64,000 nt of DNA from an uncultured virus (IMG/VR IMGVR_UViG_3300029305_011567) (lineage: Duplodnaviria > Heunggongvirae > Uroviricota > Caudoviricetes), in IMG/VR virus record IMGVR_UViG_3300029305_011567. One strand, given 5' to 3'. Shown piece after piece: positions 36,944 through 44,645 of the stretch; positions within the stretch are counted from its first letter, which is position 1; each line of letters begins with the position of its first letter. The notes under the pieces are model-generated. The model did no database searches. It saw only the letters and a list, made by a program, of their open reading frames with translations, and was not told the origin of the DNA. Made by a program: the position numbers and the translations under genes.

Positions 36944-37639
36944 ATGGCAAGAGCTGTGAAAAAAGAAAAAGCGCCCCTGTTTTCATGTGATTTCATGCCG
37001 GATAAGGTAGGAAATACCCTTGTAAATATCAATTACATGGGAAAGCAAAGACAGCTGCGTAAAACCGTGACTTTAGATGCATTTATGAAGCTTCTGGTTC
37101 AGTCACATCAGAAAACACCGGTTTATCACAAAATCGGACAGCTACCAAAAGGATTTGTAAACGGAGCATACGGGACAGATGGCAGTTTTAAAGCCGTCAT
37201 TCATGTGCCGGGAAAAAGACGATGCCTGAATTTTTTTAATTCAAGGCATTTTTTTATTCCCTTTCCGGATTTATATTTCTATTTCGAGGTAAGCAAGGAA
37301 GGTAATGTAATAAAAAAGAAGTGCTATGCGCATGATGGTATAAGTGAAACCTTATTTCATTATCCTTTTGGAAATGTTGATAATGGTGGAAGTATTTGCA
37401 TGGGTAATATTTTGTGTAAGGCACATACCATGCTGGAACTGGAACGGATTGTGGATGATTTCTTTATGTCGGTTACGAATAACGACTATGCAAATCAACA
37501 TTTACCGAAACAGTTTGAGAATCAGTTACAGCTGCTTGAAGCACTGGAAAAGCGCAAAGGTAACACATTTCCAAAAGCGTATCTGATTGATAATGGAGAG
37601 TCGGTTAAATCCCTTGTGGAAGAACTGAGATTTTTCTAA
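36944..37639 (+). CDS. Prokaryotic E2-like protein (PRTRC protein B-like)
   Basis: IPFP.L.F and LFHYPFGNV...G.ICMGN with the putative catalytic Cys. Confidence 0.85.
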   Translation: MARAVKKEKAPLFSCDFMPDKVGNTLVNINYMGKQRQLRKTVTLDAFMKLLVQSHQKTPVYHKIGQLPKGFVNGAYGTDGSFKAVIHVPGKRRCLNFFNSRHFFIPFPDLYFYFEVSKEGNVIKKKCYAHDGISETLFHYPFGNVDNGGSICMGNILCKAHTMLELERIVDDFFMSVTNNDYANQHLPKQFENQLQLLEALEKRKGNTFPKAYLIDNGESVKSLVEELRFF

Positions 37640-37681
37640 AGAACAATAATAACTAATAACAAGAAAATGGAGGAAAGAATT

Positions 37682-39349
37682 ATGAGTAATGTAAATGGAC
37701 AGGTATCAATGTTTGGACTTTTTGGAGATTTATTTGACGGATATAATCCGGAAGATGAAAAGAAAGAACAGAAGAAGGAAAAGGCAAAAAAGCCCGCAGC
37801 AAAGAAAGAGCAGAAAGACAAGACGGTGAATGTAACTCTGCCGGTGACAGTCTATGGCAAGAGCTTTATCATTGAAAGCTTTGGTGAAGGTACCATGACT
37901 CTTGATGAGCTCAAAGTAAAACTGGCTACCGAGCGGTACGCAGAAATCGGTACAGATGCAATGGTATTGCAGTATCAGGCGGATAAGGCGAGAGTCTATG
38001 TCGGCATGAAGCGCGGATTAAAGCCGACTGATTTTGGCGATGAGGAAGAAGCCTATGCGGTTGATGCAGCTTGGAAGATTTGTGATGGTGGAAAGGTGTA
38101 TCAGGTAGAACAGGAAGAGGATGAGTCTTTGATGTGTCTTGATAATGTCTGGAAACGCTTTACAGAGTGCTTCCCTGAGTATGCAACCTATCTTCCGTAC
38201 TGCGATGAAACAGCTTGTGTAATTGTGCCGATTCCGGATGAAAGTAAACTGTTGAAGATTCAGAATGCGGCACCGGGACAGTGCTGCGTATTTAATGCCT
38301 TTGGCAAGAGCATTACCGTGGAAAACGGAATTGATGCCGGTGTAATGCGCGGACTTGACGGCATGGATGGAAAACCGCTTGAGGTGCAGTATTCCGTTTA
38401 TGAAAACGGTGTGCATGATTATGAACTGTGTATCTATTCCACAGCCGGAAGTGCTTCTTCATCCGTTCATGCTGGAAGTGGTGCAAAGAAAGAAACAAAA
38501 GAGAAGTATAAACTTCCTCTGACCTGTTTCATGGCAACATGGGGTGCTACCTATGAACTGACAAGCAGTGACTTCGATGGTAAGGAAGAAGTGACGCAGG
38601 ATGATATCAAGAAGCACTTTACACCGATGTATTCCATCTTTGCGGATGAAAAGCGTAAGGCTTCTTATATCTATGTGAAAGAAACCAATACGCTTAGTAT
38701 TGCGTTCTTTTCCGGAACAAAGGGTAGTGCTTGTACGCTGGCGGAATATGAGGAAGAAGCAGAAAAAGCACTTTCTTATGGCCCGTTTGAACTGATCCGC
38801 TCTGAAAAAGAGTTGCAGAAAGTGTCACAGCTTGATAATTACCTTGGCATTTATGTGCCGGAGGATGTAAAGGAACCGAGCCAGCGGGTAGATGTGCTTC
38901 CGCTTGGCGTGTTTCGTAGCATTCTTGGTGACAGAATGAAAGCCGTGTGCGTTGCTTTTGACAGCAAGGTGCCGAAAATGAGTAAGGCGATGTTTGAAAA
39001 CATCGTCTCTTTTTTTCGCAACAACATGCCGTATGAAGCGATTGTTCAGGTGTGGTATGATAGAAAGCAGCAGAGCTTTCATATGTGTACGCCGTCCAGT
39101 GAATTAAAGAGCCGAAGTGTCATTTCCTACGAAATGCCCGTACTGTTAAATTCCATACTTGTGATTACGATTCATAGTCACAATTCAATGCCGGCATTCT
39201 TTTCATCAACGGACAACCGTGATGAATGTTATCCCGGACTGTTTGGTGTGATTGGTAATCTGGATAGGGAAGAACCGACGATGGCGTTTCGTTGTGGCAA
39301 TGAGGGTGTCTTTGGCACTTTGCAGTACACGGACCTGTTTGAAGCGTAA
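37682..39349 (+). CDS. JAB/MPN metalloprotease (PRTRC protein A-like) with a long N-terminal region containing putative ubiquitin-like domains
   Basis: E...IHSHNSMPAFFSSTDNRDE JAB motif; internal GTKG at 38714-38725. Confidence 0.85.
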   Translation: MSNVNGQVSMFGLFGDLFDGYNPEDEKKEQKKEKAKKPAAKKEQKDKTVNVTLPVTVYGKSFIIESFGEGTMTLDELKVKLATERYAEIGTDAMVLQYQADKARVYVGMKRGLKPTDFGDEEEAYAVDAAWKICDGGKVYQVEQEEDESLMCLDNVWKRFTECFPEYATYLPYCDETACVIVPIPDESKLLKIQNAAPGQCCVFNAFGKSITVENGIDAGVMRGLDGMDGKPLEVQYSVYENGVHDYELCIYSTAGSASSSVHAGSGAKKETKEKYKLPLTCFMATWGATYELTSSDFDGKEEVTQDDIKKHFTPMYSIFADEKRKASYIYVKETNTLSIAFFSGTKGSACTLAEYEEEAEKALSYGPFELIRSEKELQKVSQLDNYLGIYVPEDVKEPSQRVDVLPLGVFRSILGDRMKAVCVAFDSKVPKMSKAMFENIVSFFRNNMPYEAIVQVWYDRKQQSFHMCTPSSELKSRSVISYEMPVLLNSILVITIHSHNSMPAFFSSTDNRDECYPGLFGVIGNLDREEPTMAFRCGNEGVFGTLQYTDLFEA

Positions 39350-39364
39350 ATGGAGGTGGTTTTT

Positions 39365-40144
39365 ATGGCAACCATTAACGGTAAGACCGTCAAAGAGTGC
39401 TGTAAGCAGCTTGCGCGGTACAAGATGCCACAGAAAAAGCTGTACGGGAAATATCCATACTACCGTATCTCGGAGTATCGGGAGCGTCTGGATGAGGTGC
39501 TTGGTGTAGACCACTATCATGTGACCTACTCACCACCGCAGATTATTCAGCTTGGTAGTGGACAGGAAATGCTTTGCGTGAACTGTCGGATTACGGTGCT
39601 GGATGATGAATACAACCCTATTTTTTATAAAGAGGGTTGTGGTTCTAAGGAACTCCAGTATACGAAAGAAACCGGAAGGCTTGATGGGATTAGTAATGTT
39701 GCATATTCAGCGTCTACATCCGCATTTAAAAATGCATGTAAGAACTTCTTTATGTTTGGGGATAAGTCCAATGATGATATATATGATGAAGAAGGTGTCA
39801 TACCTTTTTCGGAAACGCATCAGACCATGGATAAAACAAACAGACAGCCGGATAATAAGGCTGTGGCCGAACGTATTTGTTTTGTGCTGACGGATAAACC
39901 GGAAATCGTGCGAGAAGATGCGCATACCCAAAAGCCGGTTTATAAAGCCGTGGCACAGATCGCAGAAGGCGATGTGATGCACATTGAAAAATGTGATATT
40001 ATCTTTTATCCGAACCAGTATAAAAACCATGTAGCATTGATTAACGAACTGTGCAGTATGGAAAAACCTAAGAAACGTGTATTTATGGTAACAGCAACCG
40101 CATCAAAAAATGAACGAATGCAGTACATTTTTAAGGGTGTGTAA
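39365..40144 (+). CDS. Rad52/Rad22 (Sak)-like single-strand annealing protein
   Basis: Y.....RERLDEVLG...Y, V.CRITV, KEG.G, A.SA.TSAFK.AC..F.MFG motifs. Confidence 0.75.
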   Translation: MATINGKTVKECCKQLARYKMPQKKLYGKYPYYRISEYRERLDEVLGVDHYHVTYSPPQIIQLGSGQEMLCVNCRITVLDDEYNPIFYKEGCGSKELQYTKETGRLDGISNVAYSASTSAFKNACKNFFMFGDKSNDDIYDEEGVIPFSETHQTMDKTNRQPDNKAVAERICFVLTDKPEIVREDAHTQKPVYKAVAQIAEGDVMHIEKCDIIFYPNQYKNHVALINELCSMEKPKKRVFMVTATASKNERMQYIFKGV

Positions 40145-40157
40145 GGGGGTGTGTTAT

Positions 40158-40553
40158 ATGGAAGATAATAACGCGCTTTTGGCTGATTATCAGGCAATCG
40201 TAAGCCATTTTTGTGTACTGCTTGCGCAGCTTGCCGCTGTTACTAAGCAGATAAAAGATGGAAAAACCGTTGAGCCTGCCTACTTGGATGCACTGACCGA
40301 TAAGGTACTTAGGTATCAGGATGCATTGTTGGTCGTGAAAGACCGTCTGGAGTATTCCGACGGTCTTTCTTTTTTGGAAGACTGTAAATTCCGTGGTTTT
40401 GTATTACAGGATGGTCAGATTGAAGGGGATACCGATAATCTGATTCGTTTTGTAACGCCATGGGTAATGGAATTTCCGAATGATTCAACCAACAATTATA
40501 AATTTGAAGTAGGTTCGTTACTGATTGCACTTGCTCATGAGCAGGTATTGTAG
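40158..40553 (+). CDS. Hypothetical protein
   Basis: RBS AAGGGGG; within the operon. Confidence 0.7.
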   Translation: MEDNNALLADYQAIVSHFCVLLAQLAAVTKQIKDGKTVEPAYLDALTDKVLRYQDALLVVKDRLEYSDGLSFLEDCKFRGFVLQDGQIEGDTDNLIRFVTPWVMEFPNDSTNNYKFEVGSLLIALAHEQVL

Positions 40554-40570
40554 ATAGAAGGAGGTAAAAC

Positions 40571-41326
40571 ATGAAATACCAGAAAGGTGATGTTTTTTTT
40601 GATGTGATTGTAATAGGTGCTGGAGGAACCGGCACCTATTTCATAAAAGAAGCAGGACGGTTTATCTCGTCCTTAAAAAATAAAAAGGTTGTACGTTCTT
40701 TTGCAATCGTGGATGCAGATACGGTTGAAAAAAAGAACCTGACAAGGCAGTGTTTCATGGAGGAAGACATCGGCGCGTACAAGGCTGACGTGATGGCAAA
40801 TGCTTTGCATGAGCTGTTTGAATTGGATGCCGTTGCTATAACGCGCTTTATTGATTCCGTAAAGGATATCAAGCAGATTCTTCCTGCGGATGAAAAAGAG
40901 AAGCTGTGTATCCCCGTGATTATCGGTTGTGTGGATAATCATGCTTGCCGTTTGGTATGCGAGAGATTCTTTCATGAGAGCGCAAATTGCATTTATTACG
41001 ATTCTGCAAATGAATTTGATAACGGGGAAGTGGTATATGCGGTGAAGTTGAATAATTCCGTTATTGCACCGCCAAGAAGCCATTATTTTCCTGAAATCAA
41101 GAAGGCTAAAAAGAAGCGTAGTGAAATGTCTTGCACGGAGCTGAATGCGGTTGCACCACAACATATTTTAACGAATATGTGTGCGGGTATGGCTCTGCTT
41201 TCCGGTTTTATACCTCTTTTGGAAAAGTTTCAATTAAAAAGGGGGATGTGTATGTTTAATCCGTTTCTAAATCAGATGCAGTTTATTCCATACATGTCAG
41301 ATAAACAGGGAGGTGAGGAGTCATGA
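40571..41326 (+). CDS. ThiF/E1-like adenylyltransferase (PRTRC ThiF-like)
   Basis: IGAGGTG, D.DTVE.KNL.RQ.F, IGCVDN and SC motifs. Confidence 0.92.
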   Translation: MKYQKGDVFFDVIVIGAGGTGTYFIKEAGRFISSLKNKKVVRSFAIVDADTVEKKNLTRQCFMEEDIGAYKADVMANALHELFELDAVAITRFIDSVKDIKQILPADEKEKLCIPVIIGCVDNHACRLVCERFFHESANCIYYDSANEFDNGEVVYAVKLNNSVIAPPRSHYFPEIKKAKKKRSEMSCTELNAVAPQHILTNMCAGMALLSGFIPLLEKFQLKRGMCMFNPFLNQMQFIPYMSDKQGGEES

Positions 41327-42369
41327 ATGCAAAAGAAAAGCGGCTTTTGGAAATCAATGATAAAGCCGTAGCATACGGCAGGTTTTCAACGGATGTTTCC
41401 CGCTGGCTTCATGATATGGTTGAGATTGATTATTCCTTTGAACATTGTTTTAGTGGTGATATGTGTGGTGTTTTGGCAAGGTTAAACCTTGCATTCCTAC
41501 ACGCTATGGCAAAGGAGTATGGACTTGACTATGCTGTTGATATGAGAACGGATTCATACTTTGCAAAGGGAAAGTGGAAAGAGACGATTACTGGTAAGAA
41601 ACTCCTTATGGGAGATGATATGGAATCGTTTGGCCCATGGAATTTTGATAACGAGTACAACAACTACCAGACAGAAATCGAATATCTTATGTATTCCTTT
41701 TCGCCTTTTGCAGCATGTAAAACGTTCCCGCTTTTTATGGAATATAGTGAGGCTGTTGAACTGTGTTGTGTTGAACAGGGTATGGATGAAGAGGATTTCA
41801 ACGAAGACTTACCGGAGCATCAGGAATTGGTAAAGCGGTATGCCTACGAAGCATTGACAGAAAACTTCTTTGATGAAGAACTTTCAGCAGAACACATGAT
41901 TATGGAAAGCATTGATATGACCGGGGACTGGTATGTTGATGTGGTGTGCAGCAAAAACACACTGATTCCGTACTTTAAAAAGTGGTACCAGAAACAGAAA
42001 AAGGTGGATGTATTTTCAGCCAAGTTGAATTTCATTATAGGGTCTGAAATTATTCATCCGAACAATCTGGAACTTTATGGTAAAAACATTTCTGAACAAA
42101 CAACTTTTGCTCATTATTGTGGTGGCATTGTTGGTTCAAATTGTGATACCGGTGATTGCCTTTGTTGCGAAAACTATAATCCGGCGTATATTGTTCAGCA
42201 GTCGATGATCTGTGAGAGTATTTTGTATCTGGATGAAAAGTATCATTTTTTGCCTGATAAAAAGACTCTCCGGGTTGCACATTCTGACTGGAAGCCGGCT
42301 GAAATGCGTAAACCGTTAATGGTACCGAATAATGCTTCGGATTCTTTATTAAAAGAACTGGGAATATAA
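41323..42369 (+). CDS. Acidic hypothetical protein with a Cys-rich C-terminal segment
   Basis: ATGA overlap with the E1 gene; HYCGG...NCDTGDCLCC. Confidence 0.75.
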   Translation: MNAKEKRLLEINDKAVAYGRFSTDVSRWLHDMVEIDYSFEHCFSGDMCGVLARLNLAFLHAMAKEYGLDYAVDMRTDSYFAKGKWKETITGKKLLMGDDMESFGPWNFDNEYNNYQTEIEYLMYSFSPFAACKTFPLFMEYSEAVELCCVEQGMDEEDFNEDLPEHQELVKRYAYEALTENFFDEELSAEHMIMESIDMTGDWYVDVVCSKNTLIPYFKKWYQKQKKVDVFSAKLNFIIGSEIIHPNNLELYGKNISEQTTFAHYCGGIVGSNCDTGDCLCCENYNPAYIVQQSMICESILYLDEKYHFLPDKKTLRVAHSDWKPAEMRKPLMVPNNASDSLLKELGI

Positions 42370-42389
42370 TATTTGTAAAACGGAATGTG

Positions 42390-42427
42390 AGAGATGGGTA
42401 CAGTGGAAGCTGTACCCATCTCTTTTT
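42390..42427 (+). terminator. Intrinsic terminator ending operon B
   Basis: AGAGATGGGTACAG...CTGTACCCATCTCT + T run. Confidence 0.85.
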
Positions 42428-42445
42428 GTATAGCAATCTTTTAAT

Positions 42446-43164
42446 AAACCACCTGCTATGCAGGTGTGTCCGCGGACAGCTTTAGCTTCAAGCAAAAACC
42501 TCCTTTGCTATAATAAGTGTAGGTTCGCCAACCGCACAAAAATAGCAAAGGAGGTTGTCCCCAATGGACATGAATAGTTTATCACATTCAAAATGGGAGT
42601 GTAAATATCATGTGGTGTTTGCACCAAAGTTTCGACGAAAGGTTATATATGGGAAGTTGAAACAGGATATAGCGAATATTTTAAGTATGCTATGCAAAAG
42701 GAAAGGAGTGGAAATTATTGAAGCCGAAGTGTGTCCAGACCATGTGCACATGCTGGTAAGAATTCCACCGAGTATGAGTGTCTCGAGTTTTATGGGGTAT
42801 TTGAAAGGGAAAAGTACGCTTATGATATTCGAAAGACATGCCAATCTGAAATACAAGTATGGAAACCGCCATTTCTGGTGTAGAGGATATTATGTGGATA
42901 CAGTAGGTAAAAATGCGAAGAAAACCCAAGAGTATATCCAAAACCAACTAAAAGAAGATTGGGAATACGATCAAATGACACTAAAAGAGTATATTGACCC
43001 GTTTACGGGTGAGCCAGTAAAGCAAAGCAAGTAAAAAGAGCCCTTTAGGGCTCTGCAAGAAAATGATGTTGCGGCTGGCGAGCCTTTCGATGAGTCTTTA
43101 GACTCCAGTGCCGGAAACAGACCCTTATAGGGTCAGAGCAAACCACCGGCTGAGCCGGTGGTGC
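42446..43164 (+). mobile_element. IS200-group element (IS200/IS605 family, tnpA only); ends approximate
   Basis: Related subterminal hairpins AAACCACCTGCTATGCAGGTG and AAACCACCGGCTGAGCCGGTGG flank tnpA. Confidence 0.88.
42564..43034 (+). CDS. tnpA: IS200/IS605 Y1 (HUH) transposase
   Basis: CKYHVVFAPKFRRK, DHVHML (HUH), FWCRGYYVDTVG, EYIQNQ (catalytic Tyr). Confidence 0.97.
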   Translation: MDMNSLSHSKWECKYHVVFAPKFRRKVIYGKLKQDIANILSMLCKRKGVEIIEAEVCPDHVHMLVRIPPSMSVSSFMGYLKGKSTLMIFERHANLKYKYGNRHFWCRGYYVDTVGKNAKKTQEYIQNQLKEDWEYDQMTLKEYIDPFTGEPVKQSK

Positions 43165-43304
43165 TGATTTGCGATGCCATCATTACAGTTGGTTTTGCGC
43201 GTAGGGTTTTCGGTGTGGCCAGTGCCGGATATAAATACATATACTACGCAAATGACGAACCTATACACAAATACGGGAAAATACGCCAACGGAGCAAAAA
43301 ATGC

Positions 43305-43510
43305 TTGCAAATTATTGAATTATAGGTCATAATATAAGTATCTTCTATTTGTGTATTATGACTACGCCGCCTCATAAGGCGCAATTTTGTGAATTCCTAC
43401 TGGTTAGGTGGTGTTGGATAATGGAGGATAATTATAGTTTCACGGTTTGAATGATTTTAAGCACATGCATATGTATGTGCTTTTTTTATGCCCTGAAACT
43501 GGATTATAAA
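43305..43510 (+). promoter_or_regulatory. Repeated promoter/structured leader element, copy 3
   Basis: TTGCAA-17-CATAAT; 43339-43510 identical to 23279-23450. Confidence 0.88.
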
Positions 43511-43535
43511 TTATATTTAAAAATGGAGGTTGTAT

Positions 43536-44627
43536 ATGGTAAGACAACAGAATAGTTTTAGTCGTGTTATGGCTAATACTGCAAAAATGGGTGCTTATTA
43601 CACCGACCTTTCGCATTGCAGGGATATTGCTAAAATGTTCCGCTTTCCGAAAGGAAAAGAAGTTTCTGTAATTGAACCGTCCATTGGTGACGCTTCGGCG
43701 GTCATTGCGTGTACGGGAGCTGACAGAAACGAAAACATTAAAATCTTTGGTGTGGAACTGAATGATGTGGTTTCCAGAAAGACAAAAGAAAATCCATATG
43801 TTGAAGAATGTTTATCCGCTGATTTTATCAGCGGTGTTTTTATTTCCAACAATGTTTTTTCATTTTGTTTTGGAAATCCGCCCTATCTGGAGGATGACCT
43901 TGATAATCCGGGCGCAAGGGATGAGCGTGTTTTCCTTGAGAAAGTCACAAACTATCTTTCGCGTGATGGTATTATCGTTTGGGTAATTCCGTATGCTCAG
44001 TATGTGGAGCCGAGCTTTGTGCGTTACTGGCTTGGTCACTATGACGAGCTTGCGGTGTACCGTTTCCGTCCGGAAGAGTATGCAAAGTGGCATCAGGTAG
44101 TTCTTATTGGAAGAAAGGCGAAAGGAACCTTTGTTTTAAAACCGGCGGTGGATGCGTTTTTTGAAACGCATAAGCTGGAGAACATTAAGGAACTTCCATC
44201 TTCCTTCTCCGAAGAAGAAATGATTGATGTGCCGGAGAGTCCGAGCAGTCTTGTAAAGTCATTTACCACAAAGGTATTTGATTTTGAGAGTGCTTATAAT
44301 TCTATTGCTACCGGTCGTGTACTTACGGACATTAACCGTATTGCAGACGAAGCAATGACCGTGCCGCGCTATGTGATTGGTGAGCTGGGACAGCCGCCAA
44401 CCGAGCTGAAAAAAGACAGCAAGTATTTGCTTGCAACGTCCGGTGCGGGTCAGGGACTTACAGGTACGGATGGTGTGGATTTGCACTTGCAACGAGGAGT
44501 TGCAGAAGTAATTGAGGAAGTGAATTTAGAGGATGGTACGACGACAGATGAAGCCGTTGTTACTACCCGAACTTCTATTACAATGACAGTTGTTGAAAAT
44601 GATGGAACGATTACGGTTCTGTCATAA
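43536..44627 (+). CDS. Amino-(N6-adenine-type) DNA methyltransferase, DUF6094-like
   Basis: YYT, EPSIGD (motif I), GVEL, GNPPY (motif IV). Confidence 0.85.
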   Translation: MVRQQNSFSRVMANTAKMGAYYTDLSHCRDIAKMFRFPKGKEVSVIEPSIGDASAVIACTGADRNENIKIFGVELNDVVSRKTKENPYVEECLSADFISGVFISNNVFSFCFGNPPYLEDDLDNPGARDERVFLEKVTNYLSRDGIIVWVIPYAQYVEPSFVRYWLGHYDELAVYRFRPEEYAKWHQVVLIGRKAKGTFVLKPAVDAFFETHKLENIKELPSSFSEEEMIDVPESPSSLVKSFTTKVFDFESAYNSIATGRVLTDINRIADEAMTVPRYVIGELGQPPTELKKDSKYLLATSGAGQGLTGTDGVDLHLQRGVAEVIEEVNLEDGTTTDEAVVTTRTSITMTVVENDGTITVLS

Positions 44628-44645
44628 AGAAGGAGGTTGTGTGAA

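Noticed and set aside
40571..41326. Thiamine/molybdopterin biosynthesis ThiF/MoeB
   Set aside because: No cofactor-pathway genes nearby; neighbours are E2-like and JAB proteins
43035..43300. tnpB/omega-RNA downstream of tnpA
   Set aside because: No TnpB ORF; the right-end hairpin follows within ~130 bp
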